Program-made: the position numbers and the translations under genes
Part shown: positions 16,566 through 25,756 of the stretch, piece after piece
Layout of the letters: every line of letters starts with the position of its first letter
How positions within the stretch are numbered: the stretch's first letter is position 1
Source: Acidobacteriota bacterium
GTDB taxonomy: Bacteria; Acidobacteriota; Blastocatellia; Pyrinomonadales; Pyrinomonadaceae
NCBI GenBank assembly: GCA_031359215.1
Contig: JANMAA010000235.1
Coordinates: 1,589 to 65,588, forward strand
DNA: 64,000 bases
Reading direction: 5' to 3'
Notes under the pieces: generated by a model
Told to the model about the DNA's origin: nothing
Seen by the model: only the letters and a program-made list of their open reading frames with translations
The model's database searches: none

Positions 16566-18182
16566 CTATTTTTTTTTAGGCTCGGGTTTTGCGTCTTTTG
16601 ATTCGTCTTTCGAAGGTGGCGGTTGCGGTGCCATTTGTTGCTGCATCATTTGCTGTTGCTGCATCATTTGCTGTAGTTGCTCTTCGGAAACTTTTGGAAT
16701 CTCAAAGTCTTCCGCAACTTCCGCCGGATTGTTTGCCACTATTTCATCTAAAACCGTTTTTTGTTTTTCTTTTTCGAGTTTTCCTTTGACCAAATCCGTA
16801 ACGGGCATATCGCGTCCCATTGGATTAGTCGGGTCTTTGACCGTCGTGGTGATCAAGATGTGGCGAACATCGTATGTTTCCGCAGGTTTGCCGCTTGCAT
16901 CTTTGCCTTCGCCTTTGCGTTCGAGTTTTATGATGTGAAAACCGAATGGTGTTTCAACCAAATTATCGGCAATTTTGCCGGGTTCGAGAGCTAACGCGGC
17001 TTGCTCAAATGCGGGCACCATTTGTCCTTTCGGCACGTCTTTGTAAAGTCCGCCTTGCTCTTCGCCTTTCGGGTTTTTGTTGCCCGGGTCTTGGCTGAAT
17101 TCATTAGCTAATTTGGCAAAATCTTCACCGGCTTTGGCGCGACTTAAAATTTGTTCGGCTTGCGCTCTTTTCTCTTTCGGATCAAATTCAGGATGTTCGG
17201 CGATATATTTATTAACATCCTCATCGGAAACTTTGACCTTTTCCTTCAAAATTTTCTCGGCGTAAAGTCCGGCTAGAAACTGTGATTGTTGCAATTTAAC
17301 CTGCAAATCAACTTCGTGTTGGAAATCCTCGCCCAATTCACCGGCTTTTGCGGTAGCTTCTTCTTCGTAAATTTTGATTTTGGCAAAATCATTTTTGGCT
17401 TGGGTAAGTTCTTCTTCGGTCAATTCTTTATCTTTCGGAAACTTTCCGCTTTCTTTGGCAAGCGCAATTTTAGAATCTATAAATTGTTGAAACTCGGCTT
17501 CGTGGCGGCGTTTATCGGCATTGCCGGTTATCCAGCCGATCCCGATTTTGTTCATTGTTGATTGAAACGCGCCCGGTTCAGGTTCGTTTTCGCCCCAAAA
17601 TCCTTTTATTTGGTCATCCGAGATAAGTCCGAATTGCGGCATTGCGCCTTTGTCTTTATTGACTTTCTGATCGTAAATACTGGCAGTAATGACCGTTCGT
17701 ATATTATCCAATTCGTGCTGAATATTCGGATCGTTAGTCAGACCTTCTTTACGGGCGGCACTTGCTACAGCCAGCAATTGTTTAAGGTTTTCGGAGATTT
17801 TTTTCTTCCCGTCAGGACTTTCCGACAATGCTTTTAGCTGCATCGGGTCGGCATCTTTCAGAAGAATCTGCATTTGTTCTTTGCTTATCGAATTCAATGA
17901 CCCTTCGCTATGCGCGCCGACTTTGTTTTTCCAGAAAAGCAATCCCACACCGACAGCTAAAATTACGGCAATAACAACTGCTCCTTTGGCTAAGGAACTC
18001 ATTCCTGCCGTTTGACTTGAAGATGCACTTGCCGAAGCGGTTTTTGCCGCTTCAACTTCTTCCTTTTGAGCAACTTCTTCGGTTTCAACCGCTTCCGGTG
18101 TGTTTTCAACTTCCGCTGAAACTTCGTCCGTCAGACCGTTCTCTGCTTCATTTTCTAATTCATTTTCCTTATTTGTATTCAT
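16566..18182 (-). CDS. Membrane-anchored parvulin-type peptidyl-prolyl isomerase (PpiD/SurA-like)
   Basis: Acidic N-terminus, one TM segment, a SurA-like chaperone region, the PpiC motif FGFHIIKLE, and a Q/M-rich low-complexity tail. Confidence 0.8.
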   Translation of the reverse strand: MNTNKENELENEAENGLTDEVSAEVENTPEAVETEEVAQKEEVEAAKTASASASSSQTAGMSSLAKGAVVIAVILAVGVGLLFWKNKVGAHSEGSLNSISKEQMQILLKDADPMQLKALSESPDGKKKISENLKQLLAVASAARKEGLTNDPNIQHELDNIRTVITASIYDQKVNKDKGAMPQFGLISDDQIKGFWGENEPEPGAFQSTMNKIGIGWITGNADKRRHEAEFQQFIDSKIALAKESGKFPKDKELTEEELTQAKNDFAKIKIYEEEATAKAGELGEDFQHEVDLQVKLQQSQFLAGLYAEKILKEKVKVSDEDVNKYIAEHPEFDPKEKRAQAEQILSRAKAGEDFAKLANEFSQDPGNKNPKGEEQGGLYKDVPKGQMVPAFEQAALALEPGKIADNLVETPFGFHIIKLERKGEGKDASGKPAETYDVRHILITTTVKDPTNPMGRDMPVTDLVKGKLEKEKQKTVLDEIVANNPAEVAEDFEIPKVSEEQLQQMMQQQQMMQQQMAPQPPPSKDESKDAKPEPKKK

Positions 18183-18211
18183 TAAATATTTCCTCTATTA
18201 AATTCTAAATT

Positions 18212-18610
18212 TTATTTTTGACTTTGGACCAATTCTAGCAAAACGCCATTTGCCGATGAAGGATGCACAAAAGCAACCAGACAACCTTCCGCGCCGATTC
18301 TCGGTTTTTCATCTATTAAACGCATTCCTTCGGCTTTAAGTTTCGCAAGGGATTCTTCTATATTATCAACTTCGACAGCGATATGATGAATTCCGCCGCC
18401 GCGTTTTTCCAAAAATTTCGCAATCGGCGAATCGTCCGAAGTCGGTTCAAGCAATTCTATACGACTTTCGCCAATCGGCAACATTGCCACGCGCACTTTT
18501 TGGTCTTCCACAATTTCCGTGTGAACATTTTCCAACCCGAGCGCGTCTTCCCAAAACTTCAACGCTTCGTCAATTCCTTTCGTTGCAATGCCGAGATGAT
18601 TTATTTTCAT
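18212..18610 (-). CDS. mce: Methylmalonyl-CoA epimerase (VOC family)
   Basis: MKINHLGIATKGIDEALKFW...IELLEP...GGGIHHIAVEV...VAFVHP is the typical epimerase pattern. Confidence 0.85.
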   Translation of the reverse strand: MKINHLGIATKGIDEALKFWEDALGLENVHTEIVEDQKVRVAMLPIGESRIELLEPTSDDSPIAKFLEKRGGGIHHIAVEVDNIEESLAKLKAEGMRLIDEKPRIGAEGCLVAFVHPSSANGVLLELVQSQK

Positions 18611-18613
18611 ACT

Positions 18614-18961
18614 TTATTGTTTAAAGTTCTTACGCTCTTCTGCTTGAATCTGCACCTGTTTTTCGCGTTCTTCCTTTTGCAGTTGAACAATTCCTTTCCT
18701 TTCTACGCCGTGTTCATTGCGAACAACGCCACGTTCATAACCATTATCATCTTTAGGAATTGCACCAAATTCTTCTTTTTGTCTTGCGAGAATCTTATCT
18801 AAAGTTTCCTTTTGTGTTTGTTTCAATTCATCACGTTCGATTTTTTGTTGACTCAATAAATCACGATAAGAGTATTTTTCGCTACTTTGAGCATTAGCTA
18901 AAGCAGCAAATGAGAGAGCAAGTGCAAAAGTGAAAACGATATTTATAAATGCTTTTTTCAT
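18614..18961 (-). CDS. Small secreted charged/coiled-coil hypothetical protein (115 aa)
   Basis: Signal peptide ending ALANAQ. Its stop lies 3 nt from the epimerase start. Confidence 0.55.
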   Translation of the reverse strand: MKKAFINIVFTFALALSFAALANAQSSEKYSYRDLLSQQKIERDELKQTQKETLDKILARQKEEFGAIPKDDNGYERGVVRNEHGVERKGIVQLQKEEREKQVQIQAEERKNFKQ

Positions 18962-19032
18962 AAATCTAAAATTTCCTCATCTACCGAATACGGTTTCGAT
19001 TTCTTTTCAGCAATTTATTATCGTCAAATTAA

Positions 19033-19644
19033 CTAAGTTTCCAAAATACCGATTAATATGCGTAAAATTTCTTCCAAATTATTCGGCAGAACGAAAACAT
19101 TTATTCCTTGATGGAACACTTTATTTGTCCTGTCGAGCTTTCCGAATTGCCATTCTTGTCCGGTTGAAACTGCGCCGTAAATAATTTCTTTGTCCGTTTC
19201 TTCGGCTTTGTCAAGTGCAACCATTTCAACTGCAAGTTGTGCAAATGCTCTAGTTAAATCAGCATTTTTAGCTTCGACAACAAGTAAATCATTTTCACGT
19301 CTTAAGTAATAATCAAGCGAACCTTTTAACTGATGATTAACTTCAAACCAATATTCGGAATTTAACTTTGCGTTTGTCAGATGTCTGACAAATGACAAAA
19401 TCGGTGCAATTAAAAACTCGCGGCGCGTGATTTCATTTTCTAAACTGATATGAATCAAGTGATCTTCAATCTGCGAACTCAAATAATCAAACATCGGCAT
19501 CTCGATCAAACTTTTTTCAAGATGCATCATCTCATTAACTTTTTTATAACCGAAATATTCGAGAATTTCTTCCGTTCGCGCCCGAAGTTTAAAGTAATCG
19601 GAAAAAGTCAAAGATTGTTCGGGAGAAATTATTAGTTTTTTCAT
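19033..19644 (-). CDS. PD-(D/E)xK nuclease-fold hypothetical protein (HsdR N-terminal-like)
   Basis: SLDYYL...DLLVVEAK...Q fits a D...(D/E)xK motif in a roughly 200-aa protein. Confidence 0.5.
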   Translation of the reverse strand: MKKLIISPEQSLTFSDYFKLRARTEEILEYFGYKKVNEMMHLEKSLIEMPMFDYLSSQIEDHLIHISLENEITRREFLIAPILSFVRHLTNAKLNSEYWFEVNHQLKGSLDYYLRRENDLLVVEAKNADLTRAFAQLAVEMVALDKAEETDKEIIYGAVSTGQEWQFGKLDRTNKVFHQGINVFVLPNNLEEILRILIGILET

Positions 19645-19654
19645 ACTTTAAAAT

Positions 19655-20590
19655 CTAATCTCCCAAAATTTCCTCAACCGCCGAATACGGATTCGTTTTC
19701 TTTTCAGCGATTTCTTGCGCTAATTTGTCCAACTTTTCACTCGTCCCGTTGCGGCTTAAAACATCTGCAAGCAATTTTTCCTGTAAAAGTTCTAACAAAC
19801 GCCAACGTGCAATTGCTTTGCGCCTTTCTAAGTTTTCGCCCGTTTTTTGAAATTCGTCATAACTTTCGATGGCTTTCGATAAGTCTTCGATGCCTTTTGA
19901 TTCGGTGGCGATGGTTTTGATGATCGGCGGCATCCAGAAATCGGGACGATGCGCGAGATTTAGTAAGGCTTCGAGTTCTTTGACGGTTCGCAAAACGCCT
20001 TCGCGGTCGGCTTTGTTGATAACGAAAACGTCGCCGATCTCCATAATTCCGGCTTTTATCGCCTGAATGTCGTCGCCCATTCCGGGAACGAGAACGACGA
20101 CCGAAACGTCCGCCGTTTTGACGATTTCGACTTCATCCTGCCCGACTCCGACCGTTTCGACGATGACTTTATCGAATCCTGCCGCATCCAAAATCGCCAC
20201 CGCGTCAACGGTTGCGCGTGAAAGTCCGCCAAGATTTCCACGCGTCGCCATCGAACGAATAAAAACATTTTTATCAAGCCCGAGCGTTTGCATCCGAATC
20301 CTGTCGCCAAGAATCGCACCGCCCGAAAACGGACTCGACGGATCAACGCAGACAATTCCGATCTTCTCGCCTTTGTTCTTGTAAAATAAAGCCAACTTGT
20401 CAACAAGCGAGGATTTTCCCGCGCCGGGCGAACCCGTAATGCCGATAACAACCGCATTTCCTGTTTGCGGAAAAACCGCCTTCATAATTTCGGCAGCATC
20501 GTCTGCGCCGTTTTCAACTTTTGTGATCGCCCTTGCCACAGCCCGTGCATCGCCTGCGAATAGTTTTTCTAAAATTTCGGAATGTAACAT
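19655..20590 (-). CDS. meaB: Methylmalonyl-CoA mutase-associated GTPase MeaB/ArgK
   Basis: GITGSPGAGKSSL (P-loop), ETVGVGQ and NKAD motifs. Confidence 0.9.
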   Translation of the reverse strand: MLHSEILEKLFAGDARAVARAITKVENGADDAAEIMKAVFPQTGNAVVIGITGSPGAGKSSLVDKLALFYKNKGEKIGIVCVDPSSPFSGGAILGDRIRMQTLGLDKNVFIRSMATRGNLGGLSRATVDAVAILDAAGFDKVIVETVGVGQDEVEIVKTADVSVVVLVPGMGDDIQAIKAGIMEIGDVFVINKADREGVLRTVKELEALLNLAHRPDFWMPPIIKTIATESKGIEDLSKAIESYDEFQKTGENLERRKAIARWRLLELLQEKLLADVLSRNGTSEKLDKLAQEIAEKKTNPYSAVEEILGD

Positions 20591-20815
20591 TTATAATCTT
20601 GTTTGACGAATAATTCTTTGAGTATTAAATGTTTGCGTCGGCAAATTTTTTATAAGCAAAGATTTTCTCATTTTTCCAAAAAATTGCCAAAGGTTAAAGA
20701 GTTTTTTGCTTCATTCCGAAAGAAATAATTTCCTGAATTTAACTTTAAACCTTGCTTTTAACTTTTTTTTCTAATAAGTTATGAAAACATTTTTCTTAAA
20801 ATAGAAGAAATTTGT

Positions 20816-20833
20816 GTTTCATATATGAAACAG
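20816..20833. promoter_or_regulatory. Perfect 18-bp palindrome upstream of recA (candidate operator)
   Basis: TGTTTCATATATGAAACA lies 87 nt upstream of the proposed TTG start of recA. Confidence 0.4.
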
Positions 20834-20919
20834 TATTTCACAAACGCCTCCTTTTGTGTTAGACTGATCTGAGATTGAATCTGATTTTTACAAAAGTTTA
20901 TATAAAAGGAGAAAAAACA

Positions 20920-21972
20920 TTGGCAAAAGAGGCAGTTCAAATGAGTATTGATACCAAAGGCAAGGCTATCGAATCGGCATTGTCGCAAATCGAAAAAAAG
21001 TTCGGCAAAGGCTCGATAATGCGGCTCGGTGAGCGTCCGCAGGAATTAATTCCGGCAATCTCGACAAATTGTTTGAGTTTAGACGCGGCAATCGGTGTCG
21101 GCGGATTTCCGCGCGGCAGAATTATCGAAGTTTACGGTCCTGAAAGTTCGGGTAAAACGACGCTCGCTCTGCAAGTTGTCGCACAAGCTCAAAAAAGTGG
21201 CGGAATCGCGGCGTATATTGATGCAGAACACGCAATGGACCCGGAATATGCGGAGAAACTCGGCGTAAACATTGAAGAGATGCTGATTTCACAACCTGAT
21301 TCGGGCGAGCAGGCACTTGAAATCGCGGAAACGCTTGTTCGATCAAACAGTGTTGATGTCATTGTTATTGACTCGGTTGCGGCACTCGTTCCGCGAGCCG
21401 AACTCGACGGTGAAATGGGCGATTCGCACATGGGATTGCAAGCGCGTCTGATGTCGCAAGCATTAAGAAAATTGGCGGGCATCGTTTCGAGTTCAAACAC
21501 TTGTTTTATTTTTATCAACCAATTGCGCGATAAAATAGGCGTATTTTTCGGTTCGCCGGAAACAACCACGGGCGGCAAGGCGTTGAAATTTTACGCAAGT
21601 GTTCGCCTTGATATTCGGCGCATCGGTGCAATCAAAGAAGGCGATAAAATGGTTGGTAATCGAACCCGCGTTAAAGTCGTCAAAAACAAAGTCGCGCCGC
21701 CGTTTCACGAATGCGAATTTGACATAATGTATGGCGAAGGCATTTCACGTGAGGGTGACTTGCTTGATTTGGCGGTCAATAACGGCGTGGTTGATAAAAG
21801 CGGCGCGTGGTTCTCTTACGGCGATGAACGGCTCGGACAAGGACGCGAAAACGTCAAAAATATGTTCAAGGAAAATCGGGACATTTATAGCCGCATCGAA
21901 TATGATACGAAAGTTGCACTCGGCTTGATAATAGTAGAAGAAGCAAAAGTAAAAGCAAAAACGGAAGAATAA
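20920..21972 (+). CDS. recA: Recombinase RecA
   Basis: Unmistakable RecA sequence ([27 protein letters not shown]). AAGGAG at 20905-20910 precedes TTG 20920. An alternative ATG is at 20941. Confidence 0.97.
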   Translation: MAKEAVQMSIDTKGKAIESALSQIEKKFGKGSIMRLGERPQELIPAISTNCLSLDAAIGVGGFPRGRIIEVYGPESSGKTTLALQVVAQAQKSGGIAAYIDAEHAMDPEYAEKLGVNIEEMLISQPDSGEQALEIAETLVRSNSVDVIVIDSVAALVPRAELDGEMGDSHMGLQARLMSQALRKLAGIVSSSNTCFIFINQLRDKIGVFFGSPETTTGGKALKFYASVRLDIRRIGAIKEGDKMVGNRTRVKVVKNKVAPPFHECEFDIMYGEGISREGDLLDLAVNNGVVDKSGAWFSYGDERLGQGRENVKNMFKENRDIYSRIEYDTKVALGLIIVEEAKVKAKTEE

Positions 21973-21997
21973 TTTTGTTCGTTTTAATAAAAAAAGA

Positions 21998-22031
21998 GCG
22001 GCGTGAATTATTAACACGCCGCACATTTTTT
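21998..22031. terminator. Bidirectional hairpin terminator between recA and the AAA+ gene
   Basis: GCGGCGTG (21998-22005) pairs with CACGCCGC (22015-22022). Flanked by an A-run and a T-run. Confidence 0.65.
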
Positions 22032-22050
22032 GTATTCAAATTTTGGCTTT

Positions 22051-23232
22051 CTACTTCATATCTGCCGAAGTTGCCGTCTGTGGCAACGGCATTCCAACGG
22101 CATCGGATTTGGTTTCCGGTTCTTTTTCCAACAAACTTTCGTCATAGTCGTTGACGATCATTTTACCGGCTTGTTTTGAGAAGATAAGTTTGCGTTGTTC
22201 TTCATCAAAATCAATTTTTACCATATCGCCTGTTTCGACCTGTTGCGTCGCCACGAGGTTCGACAACGGATAGACAAGAAAGCGTTCGATAGCTCGTTTC
22301 AAATGCCGTGCGCCGTATTTTAGATCAATTCCTTCGCTCAATAGATATTCTTTGGCTTCGTCCGAACATTCAAAAGCGAATTTTGTTCCGGCAGATTCGG
22401 TTATGCGATCCTGAACGGAGCGCAACTCGATTTCCAAAATTCTTCTTAAATGATGTTCTTTCAAACTGCGGAACACGACAACTTTATCGATTCGATTCAT
22501 AAATTCGGGCGAGAATTTACGTTTCGCGGCTTCGAGAGCCGTTCGATAAATTTTCGTGTCAATTTCGTTATCGTCTTGATTTTTATCGGTTTTTGTCGGA
22601 GCAAATCCGATTCCGCCCGAAATCATATCACTCATTTCGCGAGCGCCGAGATTTGAAGTCATAATAACGACCGCTCTCGAAAAATCGACGCGACGATTAT
22701 CGCCCAAGGTCAGCGTGGCTTTGTCCAAAATGCCTAAAAGAAGTTGCCATAACGCATCGGAAGCCTTTTCAATTTCGTCGAAAAGAACGAACGTCAGTTT
22801 TGTATCGTCGGTATGTGCTTTGTCCAGATTTTCCTGCGTCAGCATCGGCGAAGTTTCGCGGTGTCCCAAATATCCGGGAGGCGAACCGATAAGTTTGGCG
22901 ATCTCGTGCGAATGTTGAAATTCGGCGCAATCAATTTTGACGACGGCGTGCGGTTCGCCGAAAAGAACTTGTGCCGCCGCTTCGACGACGCGGGTTTTTC
23001 CCGAACCGGTCGGACCTAAAAAAAGCATCGTGCCGAGCGGACGCGCCGGATTGTTCATTCCCGCCAGATAAATTTGAAAAAGTCCGCTCATCCGCCTGAC
23101 GGCGCGTTCTTGCCCGACAATAAAAGCCGAAAGTTTGTCTTCAAAATCTTTAGCTCGCGGACTTTTTTTATCGGGGTCAAGCAAAAATAATTTTTGGTTA
23201 GTTTCTTTGTTTTTAGCCATTTCGTTTTTCAT
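22051..23232 (-). CDS. Stand-alone Clp/Hsp100 D2-like AAA+ ATPase (single ring, no N-domain or D1)
   Basis: IVGQERAV, LFLGPTGSGKT, IDCAEFQHSHEIAKLIGSPPGYLGH, VLFDEIEKA, VVIMTSNLGA, FMNRIDKVVVF and a ClpB_D2-small-like end (GARHLKRAIE). Confidence 0.8.
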   Translation of the reverse strand: MKNEMAKNKETNQKLFLLDPDKKSPRAKDFEDKLSAFIVGQERAVRRMSGLFQIYLAGMNNPARPLGTMLFLGPTGSGKTRVVEAAAQVLFGEPHAVVKIDCAEFQHSHEIAKLIGSPPGYLGHRETSPMLTQENLDKAHTDDTKLTFVLFDEIEKASDALWQLLLGILDKATLTLGDNRRVDFSRAVVIMTSNLGAREMSDMISGGIGFAPTKTDKNQDDNEIDTKIYRTALEAAKRKFSPEFMNRIDKVVVFRSLKEHHLRRILEIELRSVQDRITESAGTKFAFECSDEAKEYLLSEGIDLKYGARHLKRAIERFLVYPLSNLVATQQVETGDMVKIDFDEEQRKLIFSKQAGKMIVNDYDESLLEKEPETKSDAVGMPLPQTATSADMK

Positions 23233-23594
23233 TCTCGTTTTCTCCTTACTCCATTAAAAGAACGCTTTTCACATAAGCAACTTGCAAAACCTAGACGAAC
23301 TTTCAAACTTGACTTTGCCAATTTAATTTTGGAAAGTCTCGGTCTATATTGATGATTTCAAAAGATTTTTCGTTGGCTGGGCTTTGATTACGGAAGGCTT
23401 TCGTCCATCGGAATGCAAGTCGAATTCGAGTGAATTCGACTCTAATTTATGTTTAACATAATTTAGTTAAAATATGCAAGCACAAATTTCATTGAAAAAA
23501 AATCAAAATTTCGGGTTTTTGGAATAAATGTTAAAAAGAAGGATATTATAGTGTTGGAGAACGAAGATTTGAAGGAGAAAACTTGAGCTGAATC

Positions 23595-24188
23595 GTGTTT
23601 AATCTAATCAAAAGAAAATCTGAAGAAGAACGATTATGGGCGGACTTTGAGCATGAGGCGATGCCGCATTCGGCGGACTTATTTCGCGTGGCGATGTTTC
23701 TCAAGCGAGACCGCGATGTTGCCGAAGATCTAGTGCAGGAAACGATGATGCAGGCTCTCAAATCATTTCACCGTTACGAAAAAGGATCAAATTGTAGGGC
23801 TTGGCTAACGACGATTATGTATCACACACATTACAAGCAATTAAGAAAACAAACAAACTTGCAGCTTGTTGCCGACACGGAAGAAAAAATTGCGGAAACG
23901 GTTCAGTTTGAAGCACCGATTCCGCAAAATTTGACCGATGAAGATGTCATAGAAGCGTTGAAAAAAGTTCCCGAAACCTTTAGAGAAATTGTTTTATTAA
24001 GTGATGTCGAAGGTTTTGCTTATAAGGAAATAGCATCCTTTTTAAGTGTTCCGATTGGAACGGTGATGTCGAGACTTCATCGCGGACGAAAAATTTTGCG
24101 CGGCGAATTAGCTGTTTATGCGCGTAATTACGGCATCGAAACTGAAGAACTTAGAGAAGTTAGAAAACAAGGAGGGAAATCTATATGA
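23595..24188 (+). CDS. ECF-type RNA polymerase sigma factor
   Basis: Region 2 (AEDLVQETMMQALKSFHRYEKGSNCRAWLTTIM) and region 4 (FREIVLLSDVEGFAYKEIASFLSVPIGTVMSRLHRGR). GTG start. Confidence 0.88.
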   Translation: MFNLIKRKSEEERLWADFEHEAMPHSADLFRVAMFLKRDRDVAEDLVQETMMQALKSFHRYEKGSNCRAWLTTIMYHTHYKQLRKQTNLQLVADTEEKIAETVQFEAPIPQNLTDEDVIEALKKVPETFREIVLLSDVEGFAYKEIASFLSVPIGTVMSRLHRGRKILRGELAVYARNYGIETEELREVRKQGGKSI

Positions 24189-25066
24189 AATGTCTGGATT
24201 TCCGTGAAATAATCGATTCTTATTTGTGCGGTGAGTTATTGACCGAAACCAATCACGAGGTTTTGCGTCATTTGGAAGCGTGCGCCAACTGTCGGTGCGA
24301 GATCGAGGCGCGGCGCAATCTGCGTTCACAGTTGCGATTTGCCGTTCAAAATTCGCCTCAATATCAAATGTCCGACAATTTTTATGCAAACCTTTGCGTC
24401 CAATTAAAACAAAGTGTTGTTCCGCCAAAACAGGCTAAGACATTTTTTTGGACAAATCCGAATAACTGGCTGGTGTTCGCGGCGGGACTTATTTTGGCGG
24501 TCGGATTGGGATTTTGGTTTGTCAAAACTCAGCCGACAGATATTTCCGCTTCGGAGAATAATCTAATCAATGATGAAAAAGCACTAAACGCGACTTTGGC
24601 GGATTTTGCGGTTGGCGATCATCAAAATTGTGCGGTGAAGTATAATTTGACCGAAAAACCAGTTGAGATCAATCTAGCGTCGGCGCAATATGCAGATTTG
24701 CGCCACTCCGTGTTACTGCCTTTGGAAACTTCAGCGGGCAAATATGAATTTGAAGAGGCTCATAAATGCAAATTTGCCGGACATAATTTCACTCATATCG
24801 TTTTTCGCCATCAAAATAAAACTGTTTCAGTATTGATGACCGATTTGGATAATTATCCGACTTTGAAAAACAGCGATATTGTTAAAGTTGTTTCAAACGG
24901 CTACCAGATTGCCCGATTCGATGTCAAAAATAAAGCGGTTTTTGTTATTTCCGATTTGCCCGAACAAGAAAATTCGACAACGGCGGAATTATTGGAAACC
25001 CCGATGAAACAAAGATTTTCCGTCAAAGAACAAACAGAATCAACTTTATTTGCATTAGCTCAATAA
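24185..25066 (+). CDS. Anti-sigma factor (zf-HC2 N-terminus, single TM)
   Basis: The ATGA overlap couples it to the sigma gene. HLEACANCRCE zinc-finger motif and TM helix WLVFAAGLILAVGLGFWFV. Confidence 0.8.
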   Translation: MKCLDFREIIDSYLCGELLTETNHEVLRHLEACANCRCEIEARRNLRSQLRFAVQNSPQYQMSDNFYANLCVQLKQSVVPPKQAKTFFWTNPNNWLVFAAGLILAVGLGFWFVKTQPTDISASENNLINDEKALNATLADFAVGDHQNCAVKYNLTEKPVEINLASAQYADLRHSVLLPLETSAGKYEFEEAHKCKFAGHNFTHIVFRHQNKTVSVLMTDLDNYPTLKNSDIVKVVSNGYQIARFDVKNKAVFVISDLPEQENSTTAELLETPMKQRFSVKEQTESTLFALAQ

Positions 25067-25081
25067 ACTTTTTAATTAAAA

Positions 25082-25127
25082 ATGCGGAGTTCGGAGAAAT
25101 TATAACTCCGAACTCCGCATTTTTTTT
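25082..25127. terminator. Bidirectional hairpin terminator
   Basis: ATGCGGAGTTCGGAG (25082-25096) pairs with CTCCGAACTCCGCAT (25106-25120). Flanked by an A-run and a T7 run. Confidence 0.8.
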
Positions 25128-25641
25128 ACTCAAATCGTATTGCCGTAACTTTCCAACGAATATTTGCGCGGTCGGAATCCTTCTTAAAACCGTCAATCGG
25201 CACATAAATGTGAATAGTTTCATTGGGATTTAATTTTTCTATTTTATTAGTCGGCACAATCATCACTTTTTTCTCTTTTAGAACTTTGTTAAAAATGTCA
25301 ACCACACCAACTTTTACTTCGAGTCCATTAATGATTTTGTTGCCTTTATTCAAGACATCCGCGTGAAGGCTCATCGCAATCGTGCCGAGTCCGATTAGCG
25401 ATTCGGTGGTGCGATTCGTATCGGTGCTGATGATTATGTTTTTTGTATATTGTTCGAATTCCGGCGAGTTTTCAAGATACGCGCCTTCGAGTTGTTGTTG
25501 TTTTTGCTCTTCAATCGTCGGCTGAAAAGACAAAAGCCAAATTGCGCCCGCCACAATTAACGCCGCAATTGCCAATGCCGCTAACAAAACTTTATTTACG
25601 CCTCTTTTTTCTTTTTTGCCGTTTTCAAAAAGTGTATCCAT
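25126..25641 (-). CDS. Membrane-anchored hypothetical protein (171 aa)
   Basis: N-terminal TM helix (VLLAALAIAALIVAGAIWLL) followed by a beta-rich domain. Confidence 0.6.
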   Translation of the reverse strand: MDTLFENGKKEKRGVNKVLLAALAIAALIVAGAIWLLSFQPTIEEQKQQQLEGAYLENSPEFEQYTKNIIISTDTNRTTESLIGLGTIAMSLHADVLNKGNKIINGLEVKVGVVDIFNKVLKEKKVMIVPTNKIEKLNPNETIHIYVPIDGFKKDSDRANIRWKVTAIRFE

Positions 25642-25756
25642 AATTTCATCCCGGATAATTAGACTCTCGTTTTTGTAAAAAGTTCCTTTAGGTTATCATT
25701 TTATTTAAAGAAATTGGAAAACATAATGCAATGCTTTTGCATCAGCATTTTTCTCG

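Noticed and set aside
16498-16938. Plus-strand ORF encoding a striking Cys-rich stretch (CGAICCCIICCCCIICCSCS).
   Set aside because: It is the reverse complement of the Q/M-rich tail (QQMMQQQQMMQQQ) of the well-supported PPIase gene on the minus strand. It is an antisense low-complexity artefact.
20056-20457. Multiple overlapping ORFs on both strands inside meaB. Similar sets occur at 36425..36965, 13291..14054, 26660..27538 and 48426..49029.
   Set aside because: These are typical shadow ORFs in the GC-richer, well-supported genes. Their translations are Arg/Ser/Pro-rich with no motifs.
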